Part shown: one piece after another, positions 1 to 13,092 of the stretch
Layout of the letters: every line of letters starts with the position of its first letter
How positions within the stretch are numbered: the stretch's first letter is position 1
NCBI RefSeq assembly: GCF_032191835.1
Contig: NC_083228.1
Span: forward strand, 53,630,001 to 53,694,000
Reading direction: 5' to 3'
Origin: Heteronotia binoei
Lineage: Eukaryota
Length of the DNA stretch: 64,000 nt
The notes under the pieces: model-generated
The model's database searches: none
What the model was told of the DNA's origin: nothing
Seen by the model: the letters and a program-made list of their open reading frames with translations, nothing else
Position numbers and translations under genes: made by a program

Positions 1-347
1 CCTTAAAGAGGTTTGCTTTGCCTCAATCAGAGCCAGAGTCTTTTCAGCTCTGGTGCCTGCCTGGTGAAACACTCTCCCTATTGATATCCAGGCCCTGTGG
101 GACTTAAAATGGAGATGTTCTGCCAGGCCTATGGTTGAGGCAGCAGAGATCTACAACATTGGCCTCCTCTGTATTATTGTCATCTGTACAGTCTTTCATC
201 CATCTGTTCTCCCCAGCATCAGTTGTCATCCATCTGCAAGCACATGGGAAGTTACGTGAGTGATACGGGAGATGCAGCTGAATTGGTTAAATGATGCCAT
301 TGACTGTTATTGTTTATTATAATGTGAGTTTTATTAATTGTTATATC

Positions 348-524
348 CAGGGCTTTTTTGTAGCAGGAACTCCTTTGCATATTAAGCCACACACCCTGAT
401 GTAGCCAATCATCCTGGAGCTTATAGTAGGCCCTGTACAAAGAGACTTGTAAACACTTGCAGGATTTGCTACATCAGAGGTGTGGCCTAATATGCAAAGG
501 AGTTCCTGCTCCAAATAAGTCCTG
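348..524. mobile_element. Palindromic non-autonomous hAT-type MITE (copy 1)
   Basis: CAGGG...CCTG termini; the whole element folds back on itself (agcaggaactcctttgcatatt ... aatatgcaaaggagttcctgct); 8-bp TSD gttatatc (340-347) / gttatata (525-532); family recurs at least 6 times in the window. Confidence 0.85.
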
Positions 525-677
525 GTTATATATAATTATGGAACTGTGTTTTATTGTGTTGTAACCTGCCCTGAGTCTGCTTGCAGAGTAGGGAGGGCTA
601 GAAAATCATCGTTGTCGTCGTCATCATCATCATGGCTTTTTATGTGAGTTTTATTAATTGCTATTAATTGTTATATC

Positions 678-848
678 CAGGGATATTTTTTGAAGCTTTT
701 TTGCCTACTAGGCCACATACCCCTGATGTAGCCAATCCTCCTAGAGCTTACAGTAGGCCTTGTACTAAGAGCCCTGTTAGTTCCTGAGGATTGGCTACAT
801 CAGGGCTTTGAGGCCTAATATGCAAAGGAATTTCTGCTACAAAAAGCC
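678..848. mobile_element. Palindromic hAT-type MITE (copy 2, diverged)
   Basis: Same arms (cccctgatgtagccaatcctcc ... gaggattggctacatcaggg); shares its left flank with copy 1. Confidence 0.8.
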
Positions 849-995
849 ATAATAATAATAATAAATAGCTGAAGGTGTTGGCTTGATCCTCAATTTTTAT
901 TGGAAGTTGTGGCTACCACAGGAGTGGCCTTGCACTCCGTCTCTACTCCCCCCTGTCACTGGGTAGCCTCGCTGTGACCTGCCTACTGCTGGCCC

Positions 996-1891
996 TAGGC
1001 TTCCTAACCCTCCCGCCCTGGGGACCCCTGAATTTGCAGCCTTTTCCCCCGCTCTCCAAAAATCTGGAAGCAGGGGGAGGGGGGGAACGGTGCCAATTTT
1101 GGTGCCACTCACAGCGCTCTTGGGGCATTTGGACGGCTCCGCCTCTGAGGTAAAATTGCAGCCCAAACTTTCTGCTGGCATTTCTGCCACCTGTCCTGGC
1201 CTCCTGTGCTCTGGGTAACACTTGGGCTGTCGCTCTGGCCCGCACCAATCCCAAGCCAAGCGTCCTTCCCCTCCCTCCGTCTCCGCCTCCTCTTGCAAAA
1301 GCACACCGAGCCTCCCCTTCCCGGCACTTGCCAAACGCCGGCCCCCGCCTCCCCGGCCGACCAATGCGGGGAGAGGCCACCCCTTCTCGGACCAGGAAGC
1401 AGGAGAGGCAGCTGGAGGGGCCTCAGGTGATGTGGAGGATCCCACAATCCTTTGCATTTGCAAGCCAGGCCCCACACTTTTGCATTTGCAAGCCGGACTC
1501 CAGCTTGAAAGCAGCAGCAGGAGGAGGAGGTATGGAGTTTGGGGGGCACGGTGAATGCAGCCCCTGCCTGCCGGGATGAGGAGTGCAGCAGCAGGGCTGG
1601 TTCTCCTGGGGTGGCCCAACGAGGAGGCCGGGAGCAGGGGGAGGTGTTCCAATGCTCAGCCAGCAGCTGCGGCCCAGCCCTCTCCAAGCCATGCTGCCTG
1701 GGTCCCAAAGTTGCCAGCCTCTCAGCCGTCCCTTTAAATGTGATGGCCAGAACTCCCTTTGGAGTTCAATTATGCTTGTCACAGTCTTGATCTTGGCTCC
1801 ACCTCTAATGTCTCCTGGCTCCACCCCCAAAGTCTCCTGGCTCCACCCCCAAAGTCCCCAGATATTTCTTGAATTGGACTTGGCAACCCTA
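996..1891 (-). mobile_element. Non-autonomous hAT element with TAGGGTTGCCA-type TIRs and GC-rich interior
   Basis: Ends taggcttcctaa / ttggcaacccta; 8-bp TSD gctggccc (988-995) / gctggcca (1892-1899); both termini match the element at 44692-45479 in reverse orientation. Confidence 0.85.
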
Positions 1892-3299
1892 GCTGGCCAT
1901 GTCAGGCCAGAACTCCATCAGAAGGCCACTGACCTTTGAGACAGACAGTTGTCTGTTGAGAGGTTCTCCTGGAACCTTACTGATTACTACTGCTTCTCCT
2001 CAGGGTCTGTTGTAAGAAGTCTGGGACAGCCCATCTGCCCCCCACACACACACACACACAAACAATGCTGCTACAAAGCAAACAATAAACTGTGAAAGAC
2101 ATGTTCATTGGCCCCCACCTACTCAGGCCCAGGAATGTTAACAGTCTTACCTCAGAGACAGTCAACTCTTCTCTGTGTCCTCTCTGTTAACCAGCCTTGG
2201 AAAGGGCTGCAGAACTACTGTGGCCTCACAAAAGGCCTACCAGCACATGCAACCTCCAAAGGCCACACAAATGGAGTGAGTGGCTATCCGGGCAGCAGGG
2301 AAGCAGCAGCGATTCGATCTGGGCGGATGCAACAGGGAGGGGCAGAGCGACGAGGAGTGGAGCCAGCGGCATTGGCCGTTGTGGCGGAGCACTCACTCTG
2401 ACAGGAAAAGCTGTCAACCCTCCCTCCCAGTCAATGAGGAAAATTGCTAATCCTCTCATTCTACTCTCGCTCGGACGAAGAAACCTTGCCCCTCCCCCCC
2501 CCCATAAACTCTGCCACGAGTTCTACACAGCGGCAGTTTGGCCTACACGTTGGACCAATGCTACCTGGCTGCTGGCGACTTCCTAGACCATCAGCGGCTG
2601 TGCTGTTCCTGGGCAACGATTGCATCTGGCGGCGCTCAGGCCATCCTCTGGCTGCTACCGCTGTCGGCGGTGCCAGTGTTGCTGACTCAGCTGCAACCTC
2701 GACGAGGCAACCGCTCGGACTGTGCTTGGCTTGGTGGTGCTATATCTGGCTCCTGCCTAGAGAATTTCAGCGTCTGGGATGCACGGGGAGGATCTCTGTC
2801 CCCTCCATGCCTGCTGGGCAGCTGATTAGCGGGGACTGGACTTGGCTCCAGGATAGAAGGGGTGCCTGCACACAGACTGCACTTTAATTATCAGCACATT
2901 TCACTTCAGTTGTACTTTAATGAATGCCACCTAACTTAACTGTCTTTGTATTGCTAACGATGAGTTTTGGATTATGTTTTAGCTGCTAATTTAATTGAAT
3001 TTATTGTATTAGTGGTTGATTAATTGGGGAGAGTAACTGGGGTGAGGAATTGATTTGGGTTGGGATTGTTATTGAATTAATTAGCTATTGAGAAATTTGA
3101 TAGTTATTGGCTGTTTAAGTAGGGAAGTGTAAATTAGTGGGTGTGGGGGGTCTAGAATTTAATTGGCTATTAGAGTTAAATTGATTATTTATTAGCTAAT
3201 TAATTAATGAGATTGAAATTAAGAGAGGTTTTAGAATTAATTACCCATTTAGGGGGAGGTTAATTGGCATGGTTGATAGACTGATTGGGGGAGGGTTCT

Positions 3300-5951
3300 T
3301 AGCTAGCAAGGGCAGGGACAGTAGAAATTAGAACTAGAATCCAGGGTTGTAGCAGGACATCCTATATACTGGTTTGAGGTAACTGTGGAGACCAGTGGGG
3401 GGAATGACCGGCCTGGGGATTCCAATACTCCTGGGGAGGGGAAGGTATGATGGTGGAAACAGGCATAAATGTAAGGGAAGGCGGCTGAGACGTGAAGGTG
3501 CTCAGCCCCCTTCCAGTCTGCATCCCATCCCAACGGTGACAGGTGGTGGGGTCAGGTTGAATTACTCGCCTTCGTTACTGGTGTTATGCAATGCCAGGCC
3601 CATAAATAATAAGACTTCAGTCCTTCGGGATTTCCTGTGTGAACAGGATATGGACCTGGCATGCATGACTGACCTGGGTACATGATGGGGAGATGGTAGC
3701 CCTCTCCCAAGTAGCCCCCCCCCAGGGTACTCAGTCTTTCACCAGTCATGGACTAGCGGGCAGGGAGAAGGAGTGGCTCTATTCATATGGGAGGGTTACT
3801 CCTTCTGGGCTCTCTCAACTCCAGAGATCGACAGTATCAAATGTGCAGGTCTGAAGTGGGATGTTGGAGAGGGTTTGGCGATCTGGCTGGTGTACTGACC
3901 GCCTAACGCACCAGCTAGCACCTTATCATCCCTGATGGAGGCTGCAACAGGCTGGGCATTGGAACACCCAAGGCTCAATTAATTAGTATTATTTGGACCC
4001 TTACAACTCTGCCACAAGGCAGACCATATCTTAGGGAATTGGACATTGGCTGTGAGGCTTTTGCAACCTTCTTCGCAGATAAGGTCTCATCGCTCTGCCA
4101 CGACCTCCCTGCCACAATTGAAACAGTATGCGAGCTCGAGGCTCAGTGCCTGTTTTCTGGATCGGCTTTAGACAGTTTTACAACACTCAGCCTGGAGGAA
4201 GTTGACAGAATCCTCTCCACTGTGCTCCCAACAACATGTGATTTGGACCCTTGCCCATCCTGGCTGATTAAAGCGTGCTGGATGGAGCGTCAATATCCTG
4301 TATGGGATATTGTAAATAGATCCCTCTCTGAGGGGCTTTTCCCAGGGCCCCTCAAAGAGGCAGTAGTCCATCCCCTCTTGAAAAAACCAACATTAGAGCC
4401 GGCCAAATTGGCACACTATTGGCCTGTCTCAAATTTAGCCTTTTGGGGTAAAATCATTGAGAGGGCAGTAGGACTGCAGCTACAGAGCTTTCTGGAGGAC
4501 ACTTCCATCCTAGACCCACACCAGTCCGGCTTTCGCCCAGGTCATGGGATGGAGACAGTGCTGGTCGCCTGGTAGATGATCTTCAGCAGCATCTAGATCG
4601 AGGCGGGTCGGCAGTGCTGATATTGTTGGACCTGTTGGCAGCGTTCGACACGGTCGACCATCAATTGCTGGTCCACCGACTTGCTGACGCAGGGATTCAG
4701 GGGTTGGCTTTGCAATGGCTCTCCTCTTTTCTCCTAGGTCAGGGACAAAGGGTGGCGATTGGGGGACAATCGTCCCAGTGACATCCACTTAATTGTGGGG
4801 TGCCTTAAGGGGCGGTGCTCTCCCCGATGTTGTTCAATATCTATATGCGCCCCCTTGCCCAGATTGTCCGGAGATTTGGGCTGGGTTGCCATCAGTACGC
4901 TGATGTCACCGAGCTCTATCTGCTGATGGAAGGCCGGCCGGCCTCTGCCCCAAAAAATTTAGTCCTGGGGCTGCAAGCTGTGGCAAGGTGGCTCAGGCTG
5001 AGTCGTCTGGAGCTGAATCTGATGAAGACAGAGGTGTCGTGGTGGTCTGGGAAGGGAAATCCCTCTACTAGCTTTTGATGGGGCACTACTGATATCAGCA
5101 CCCAAAGTCAGAAGTTTGGGGGTGCTACTGGAGCCCACATTGGTAATGGAGGCCCAGATAGCAGCCACTGCGAAATCTGCCTTTTTCCACCTTAGGAGGG
5201 CACGACAGTTGGTCCCCTTCCTGGAGCGCAGTGACCTAGCAACTGTGATCGAGACTAGACTACTGTAATACCCTCTACATGGGGCTGCCCTTGTCTCGGA
5301 TCCGGAAACTGCAGTTGGTGCAGAACACAGCAGCCAGGCTGTGGTTGGGTCTCTCTATACGGGAGCACATACAGCCAAGGATGTGGGAACTGCACTGGCT
5401 GCTAATAGTATTCCGGATTCGCTACAAAGTGCTGGTTATTACCTTTAAAGCCCTATATGGCTGAGGACCTGTCTACCTTAGGTACTGTCTCTTCCCACAT
5501 GTTCCCCAGAGGGTACTTAGATCTGGATCGCAGAATTTACTGTCAATCCCCAGGCCAAGGGAGGCGAGTCTGAAGGCTACCAGAGAAAAAACCTTCTCAA
5601 TTGCTGCCCCCCACTGGTGGAACCAACTCCCAGAAGATGTAAGGGTCTTGCGGGACCTTGCCCAGTTCCGCAAGTCCTGTAAAACAGCTCTATTTCAACT
5701 TGCCTTTAGGTAAACTACAGTATAAGTAGATGCCCAACATCTCTGAATGTAATGGTACCAACACTAGCACCAAAAATTGTTTTAAATTATTTTAAACGGT
5801 TTTAAATTGTTTTAAATTGTTAATTGGTAATGATTGTTAATTTTAATTGTTTGCTCACTGTTCTATTGTTTGGGTTTGATTGTTGTTAGCCGCCCTGAGC
5901 CTGCTTTGGCAGGGAGGGCGAGATATAAATGCGAGGAATAAATAAATAAAT
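3300..5951 (+). mobile_element. L2-type LINE, degraded ORF2 (endonuclease fragment + RT) with 3' tail
   Basis: LLVLCNARPINNK (EN start); DLDPCPSWLIK, WPVSNL, DPHQSGFRPGHGMETVL, LSPMLFNIYMRPL, HQYAD, LQLVQNTAARL; ends in gccgccctgagcc...(AATA)n; many stops and frameshifts; apparent internal deletion near 3985; 5' boundary approximate. Confidence 0.9.
4039..4575 (+). pseudogene. L2 reverse transcriptase fragment (longest open piece)
   Basis: ORF track 178 aa with DLDPCPSWLIK and QSGFRPGHGMET motifs. Confidence 0.85.
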
Positions 5952-7508
5952 AGGCCAGGGAGGCGGCCCCTGGGAAGTGCTAGCCAGAGGCTGTTGCTAG
6001 CCAACCCAGGCTGCTTTTCTCAGTAAAGGGTGAGGCCACAGGTAAATTGAATAGCATACAGTCTACAGTTATTTTCTCCAAGATGGGGAGAAAAATCTGT
6101 TGTCTGGAATTCAGTTCTGATCCCAGGAGATCTTCAGGTTCCATCTGGAGGTTAGCTACCCTAGGCCTGGCAGCACCTTCTGGGTAACTTGATGCCACCC
6201 CACTGGCATGACTTAACTAGGCCCGGCTGCTTGCTCCTGTTCAGCAGCAGTCCCTCTATGACAACCAATGTGAATTAGCAGTTGCCAACTCCAGGTTGGG
6301 AAATTCCTGGAGATTTGGTGGGTGGGGCCCGGAGACAGTGAGTTTGAGAAAGGATGGGACCTCAGACAGGTACCATGGCATAAAATCCACTCTCAAAATT
6401 AGCATTTCCTCCTGAAGAACCATCGCCAATCTCTAGGTGAGGGCTGTGTCATTATACCCTGCTGAGGTCACTTGCTTCCTGCTTTTGTCCCCATTCTGGA
6501 GAAAGACTGTACTTTTACTAGGTAGATGCTGTAGGGACGGGTGAGAAGATGGAAAACTGAAATCAGATAAAAACCCCTACATAAAATACCTGCTTTGAGG
6601 AGCATACTCTATAACACAACCATGCCAGGCCAAAAAAAAAAAAAAATGCCACAAGCTCATGCTGATGCTAAACACCACAAGGCTGAATATGACAGGAAAA
6701 GGTGGCAACAATGCACTGCAAACAAAAGGAATGATGTGCTTCAGTGTCTGTGTGACCATCATCATGCTCCCCCTGTATGCACACACCCCATTATTCTTCC
6801 TTCTCAGCATTCTGGACCTCTTTCAGGTCTTTGAGCCACCAGAGTCATGGGGACACACACATACACATATGTGGGGCAGGGGGAAATGAACAGCTGGTGT
6901 CTGTTTCAGCTGCAGGGTGGGTGGGAAGACAGCAAGGGTAAGCTGAGGCGGTGAGTGAAAGCCAAGGTTGGAGGGGGGGGCTTCAGAGTGCGGTCTGCCA
7001 GACCCAGGTTTTTGCTGTGGAAGCTGACTGGGTGATTTTGGCCCAGTCACAGACTTTCAGCCTCACCTAACTTACAAGGCTGTGCAGATCAAAGTGGGGA
7101 GAGGAGAATGATGTAAGCTGCTTTCACCAGTGTGAAGAAAGATTGTCTTTTTCCTATATAGAAGCTTCAGGAAGGCGGAAGGCAATGGAAAGCTGAAAGA
7201 GGGACAGATAAAGAGAAGGAGATATGGTTGCCAATTCCAGGTTAGGAAATTCCTGGAGATTTAAGGGGTGGGGTTTGAGGAGGGATGAGACCTCAGACAG
7301 ATATAATACCATTTCCTCCTAAGGAACCACTGTTACAAATCTCCAGGTGAGGGCTTGAGATCATTCAGAATTACAAGTGCTCTCCAGATGACAGACATCA
7401 GCTCTCCTTCAGGTGTGTGTGTGGGGAAGTGCATGCTTTCACTTGGGTGGGTGGAAGTCAGCAAGGGTGGGGGGAGAGTCTCTTTCTAGAGCCCATTGTA
7501 TTTTCTTC

Positions 7509-7743
7509 NNNNNNNNNNNNNNNNNNNNNNNNNNNNNNNNNNNNNNNNNNNNNNNNNNNNNNNNNNNNNNNNNNNNNNNNNNNNNNNNNNNNNNNNNNNN
7601 NNNNNNNNNNNNNNNNNNNNNNNNNNNNNNNNNNNNNNNNNNNNNNNNNNNNNNNNNNNNNNNNNNNNNNNNNNNNNNNNNNNNNNNNNNNNNNNNNNNN
7701 NNNNNNNNNNNNNNNNNNNNNNNNNNNNNNNNNNNNNNNNNNN
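7509..7743. other. Assembly gap (N run)
   Basis: Run of N. Confidence 1.
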
Positions 7744-8662
7744 NTGACTGACCCAATGAGCTTGATGGCTGAGCTGAGGGTTAAATCTTGGCCTTGTCAG
7801 TCCTAGTCCAGCACTTTGACCCTTATACCACATGATGTAGACTTCAATGAAATAACCAAAGGGGAAAAAAGCTTCTAGGGTCACTACCCAGTCTGATCCA
7901 GAGGGGAAATTTATTTTCTATCCAGGAAATATCACTGGAGGTAAGTCCACTTGCCATTCTTAAAATCCAGTGATCTCTAAGTGCTCCCCAGTGCATATGG
8001 AGGCCTGTATTTGCAAGGTCTATCCTTCAATTTAATTAGCGGTCACCTTAAAATATGCATATAATCCATGTTTACAAATGAAGATGGGCTGATCCAACCA
8101 TACAAGTACAGGAGCACAAGATGAAAAGTTTTCTGCATGAACTAACTGTGCACCTCAGAATCGTTAGCAGCATAGCAGGGGGGCCTTGATTGGTACTTCT
8201 AGCCCTAGCCCATCAAGAATGGCAAGCAAATTTAAATGGGCCCATCTTGTGGAGGGATCAATAAAGCTCACACATGTGGAAATCCTATATAGCTCTTGAA
8301 TCTAAAGGAGATCCTACTCACTGTGAGCAAAATACACTTAATATAGCCCCAGCAAATCATTATTTAATAAACAAATGCTGAATCTTATCTAGGTCCCTTT
8401 TTCTTTTCACATTTTCTTTTTCAAATGGAACCCAAATAAAATTTTATGAACTGATTGAAGAGTTGCACCAGAAATTTGATATTTTGATTTTGTCTTTTTA
8501 ATCAACAAAGTCCCAACTGGCTAATTTCAACACCAAAAATCCTAAGTGTTCATTCAGATGGCTGAAATACTAATGAGAGCACCTTTGGGATTAGAGAAAT
8601 CACCAGCTAAAAGGTCCTTGAATAGGTGAACCTCATTTTTTTTTTCCTTTGGGGGTACTCAC

Positions 8663-8791
8663 AGGATAGAATTTAACTGGCTATCAACAGCCAAAGTTAT
8701 TTTAAACTTAATTCTACTAATTATTCCAAAATCAATTTGGAATGTGGCATACATTTTGTACCCCAAAATTATGTCTGAGTATGAAAATTGG
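8663..8791 (-). other. Candidate exon (phase 2-2, 129 nt), product unknown
   Basis: Acceptor gtctgcttcatacag, donor CCT|gtgagt; open frame QFSYSDIILGYKMYATFQIDFGIISRIKFKITLAVDSQLNSI; no recognised homolog. Confidence 0.25.
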
Positions 8792-9207
8792 CTGTATGAA
8801 GCAGACCTCAGAATCATTCATCTTCTTCAATTTATTGAAATTTATTTCAGGTTATAAAAAAGAGAAAATAAATTAGTTGGATTCTGATTTGTTTTATGCC
8901 ACTGGAAAGGCACATAATGGAAATTATTTCCAGTACTGTCCCCCAATACCTCAGGAGCAGCATTTTAGGGAGGGATGCAAAAGTCCTGTTGTGTTAATAG
9001 CGCTGTATATACAATCCTTTGGATCCAACCCAATTTGTTTCCAGCATACTATGGGTATGATGAGCATTCTAATAGCTGTACAGCAATTTATATACATGAA
9101 AATACTTTAAAAATGGCACTTTCCAGCAGAGATTCCCCATTGCCTACACAGTGAATTCCCCAACTCACTGTTGATGACAGGACAGCATCCATGCAACTTA
9201 TGCACTT

Positions 9208-9511
9208 AAAGGTAAAGGTAGTCCCAAAGGTAGTCCCCTGTGCAAACACCAGTCTTTTTTTACTCTGGGGTGAAATCGCATTATGATGTTTTCATGGCAT
9301 ATTTTTAAATGGGGTGGTTTGTCATTGCCTTCCCCAGTCATCTACACTTCCCCCCAGCAAGCTGGGTAATTTTACCGACCTCGGAAGGATGGAAGGCTGA
9401 ATCAACCTTGAGCCAGCTACCTGAACCCAGCTTCCACTGGGATCGAACTCAGGTTGTGAGCACAGTTTAGGACTGCAGTACTGCAGCTTTACCACTCTGC
9501 ACCATGGGGCT
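9208..9511 (-). mobile_element. Sauria SINE
   Basis: (AAAGGT)n tail on the plus strand; ccccagcaagctgggt...ttttaccgacctcggaaggatggaaggctgaatcaacc core; tRNA-like head gatcgaactcagg...accactctgcaccatgggg; family name recalled from memory. Confidence 0.85.
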
Positions 9512-11414
9512 GCTAAACTGCTTACACTGGTGCATTTCAGATTATGGCTCATAGGAGACATACCAAAGTGAGGGTAAAAGTTAACTGTGTGTATATGGCA
9601 ATTAAGGGGGCAATCCAATTTCATTAAAAGCAATATAACTCTCACCACTGATTTCAATGGTAGTGAAGCTGTTCATTACACCCTGCATGAGATGAGACTG
9701 GCTGCATGCACTCTTTTATGTATCTGCCTTGCCCACATATAACCAGGAGAAATCAGTTTGGTACATGAAAAAGAGCATATGGGAAAGAAGGGGAGGACCC
9801 CTTTCTTTCCTTCACCTTGTCTATTCAGGTATTTTCCCCTCAGCTTGGTTCACTTCCAATATTAAAATTAGACTGCTCCAAGAAATGGAGCACAGCAAAA
9901 AAAGGACAGAAAAAGGGCACAGTCCTTTTTAAGGATTGCACCTGCACAATCCTTTTTATGGATGGGACAGACACATGCAACCTTTTATATCTAGTTTGGC
10001 CCTCAATCTGTTTGGGGGGAAAAGCAAATGCTCCCCCCCCCCCTTCCACTTTCCCCTAAATAAATGCACACAACCTTCCACACAAACTTGAGTCTTAGAT
10101 GGGCTACGCTGTGCCATTCTGTATTCATTTATCAAGCCATTTGTAAAGAATAGGAACATCTCTAAGATCCAATCTGGACCCACATTAGCACTGTTGACTG
10201 TGCTAAGCCACCTCTCCCCTCACAGCCTTTAGAAGCACTGCAGTTTTAATGCAAATGAGCCTCTAAGAAACAAAAGAGGAAAATAAATATTTGTTTTTCA
10301 TTCAATGAGCCTGTTATGTTTTATCTGCCCTGACCCTCCCCTCGCCTTCTGAGCAGCAGACGCATGCAAACCGTGCCATTAGAAAATAATGGCCTCCTTC
10401 ACAAATAAACATAGATTTGCCTGTAATTTCCTTTATATCTGTTAACATTTCCATTGCTGGCAATACATCTGCAGCCTGTCAATCCTGGGTAGTAAAATTA
10501 AACACAGGAATTAATAAAGAGTTGTTTATGGAGAAAGGTTTTTAATGGTTTATTTGGGTAAAAGGATGCCTAATTGTTGAAACACATTGAAACTGCCTGG
10601 GCTTTGACCATCTGCTGTTTAAGGAAAACCTGCAATCAAGGAATGTTTTCTTTGTCTTATAAAGCAGGACCCGCTAATGCTAAATGTACCAATTGGAATA
10701 TATGAGAAACTTATTACCAGGCCCATAAAAAGCATAAAAGTTGATTGGCACCCTTAACCATCTATGCCTTGTTTGTGCCACAGCGGCTTCAGATCAGGCT
10801 CCAGGTTGCCAAGACAAAACTGGGACTGAAGGAGAGACTGGTAGGGATTTGTATTTTGCTAAATTTTATAGGGCTTTCTTTTAAGGGGGACAAGCATGCA
10901 GTGCTTAATGGATTAATTGATGCATTTAATCAATTATGTGTTAATAGTAAAACTGGCCATTCAAATAATTGCTGGGGTTGTGATAAAAATGCTGTGAAAA
11001 TTCTCATCCCAGTGCCAAACTTGAGGGAAAAGACATATAGATCCTCCTCCTACGTGCACATCATTGCCTGATTTCGGCAACATCAAGTGATAACTTTCAT
11101 ATATATATGAAAAGCCCTAAGAAGCATCATCAAAAACGATTACTTAGATGTTCTAGTAACTTTATTCAGATCAGTTCGAGTCCATAAACAAATCCCAAGC
11201 ACAATTACTGCATGTCATTCAAACTCATATTTTACACAGTAGCAAACTTCATATTGTCAAAAGCTCCATAAAACAATATGAATGCAAGAGGCTTTGTAAA
11301 TCAAACACCACAGGCAAAGGCTGCATATCATCATAAATATGCCAGTTATTCAGAAGAAAGTAATTAATAGTTCAGCATTTGAGTCAGAGACAACACATCC
11401 TTCTTGTTTGTATT

Positions 11415-11585
11415 CAGGGGTTGGATTCTAGCAGGAGCTGCTTCGCATATTAGGCCACACACCCCTGATGTAGCCAATCTTCCAAGAACTTACAAAAAAG
11501 AACTTTGTAAGCTCTTGGAAGATTGGTTACATCAGGGGTGTGTGGCCTAATATGCAAAGAAGCTCCTGCTAGAATTCTACCCCTG
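11415..11585. mobile_element. Palindromic hAT-type MITE (subfamily with CAGGGGT...ACCCCTG termini)
   Basis: Fold-back structure; TSD tttgtatt (11407-11414) / tttgtatc (11586-11593). Confidence 0.85.
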
Positions 11586-11599
11586 TTTGTATCCAAAGC

Positions 11600-13086
11600 C
11601 AGTAGATCTTCAAATGTTGTGCCAATATTGCAGCAAAAATTTTATAATCCACATTTAAGAGGGAAATTGGGTGATAGTTTTTAATATGTTTCAAATAATT
11701 ATTTTCTTTTGGAATCAAACATATTGTAGCTTCTTGCCATGAAACTGGTATCTGGCCTTCCTCTTGAATCTTTTCAATAAGACGCTTAAATGGTAAGAGT
11801 AAAGACTCTTCATAAACTTTGTAGAATTCTGCAGGTAATCCATCTGGACCTGGAGTTTTACCATTCTTTTGAGATGCCATTGCATCTCCAAGTTCCCTTA
11901 TTGTTATTGGCTTATTTAAAGTTTTTTGTTGTTCTTCTGTAAATTTATTGAGATTATTTTGGTTGATATATTCTTCTAAATCTATTTTATGAACTTGCTT
12001 ATCTTCATATAATTTTTTTAGAACTGTTCCACAATTTGGCATATTTCTTGCTTTTGAATTTTCTCTTTATTGTTCTCAACTTTCAGTGTCGTAATTATTC
12101 TTTTGGCTTTTCTTTTCTCATCCTATAAGCCAGCCACCTTCCAGGCTTGTTGGCATGTTAAAAAAAATTTTGTCTAGCATACCTCAATTTAATCTCCATC
12201 TCCTCCATAAGAATCAAATTCAATTTGTGTTGCATTTCTTTCACCTTTTTTTTTTTTAAAAATCATGTTTTGTTGGCTGTTTTTTAAGATTCTTTTCAGC
12301 TTCTCCAGCTTGTGACATTAAGTTTTGAAAATTTTCAATTCTTTCTTTCTTTTTCTTGATACTATATCTAACTGCAAGGCCCCTATAATAAGCTTTAGCA
12401 GTGTCCCAAATTACTTTCATCTTTACCTCTTGTGTTATGTTCTGTTTGAAAAAAGATTCCTTTTCCACCTTAGATTCTTTAAGAAAGTCTTTATCTTTCA
12501 AAATTGAAAATTTAGCCTCCATGATCTTCTCATCCATGGACCTTTGAACTTTATCATTACAGGGCTATGGTCTGACATAACTCTTGTTTGAATTTCTGTG
12601 TCAACTGAGTCTTTAATCATGCTTGCAGAGAGCCAAGACATATTGATTCTTGACCAAGTTTGGTGGCTAGAAGAATAGTAAGTAAAGTCTTTGGAGTTAG
12701 GATATCTTGTTCTCCATACATCAACCAAATCCATTTCTTCTGCTAATTTCCAAAAACTTGTTGGCAACTGAAGACCTTTACTTTTTGTCTGTTTGTGCAT
12801 TTTTTTGTCCAGTTGTCTATCAGAAACTGCATTGAAATCTCCTATTAGGCAATATTCTACATACTCCAAATTTGATAATTTAAGATGCAAATCTTGAAAA
12901 AATTTCTCTTGATGATCATTTGGGGCATAGATGTTTGCAAGTAAGTTTTTTTTATTATCCATTGTAATTTCCACTAATAGAATTCTTCCATCTTCAGAAG
13001 CATACTGCAACTGTGGGTTAAATTTATTTGTTATATATATTGCCACTCCCCTTTTCTTCTTGTTCATGTCTGTTGCTGTAAATAAA
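11600..13086 (-). pseudogene. L1 ORF2, endonuclease C-half to RT N-terminus (disrupted)
   Basis: ORF-track pieces 12498-13067, 12256-12537 and 11569-12042 carry consecutive L1 ORF2 motifs. Confidence 0.9.
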
Positions 13087-13092
13087 TTACCA

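Noticed and set aside
897-1939. Cluster of long overlapping ORFs (up to 251 aa)
   Set aside because: GC-rich transposon interior depleted of stops on both strands; no domain motifs
6577-6810. Transmembrane-looking ORF with an AG|gtattt donor
   Set aside because: Hydrophobicity comes partly from a 15-nt mononucleotide run; no acceptor; no recognised homolog
7413-7884. ORFs spanning N runs (also 37618-38043, 47298-47830, 56291-56540)
   Set aside because: Artefacts of translating gaps
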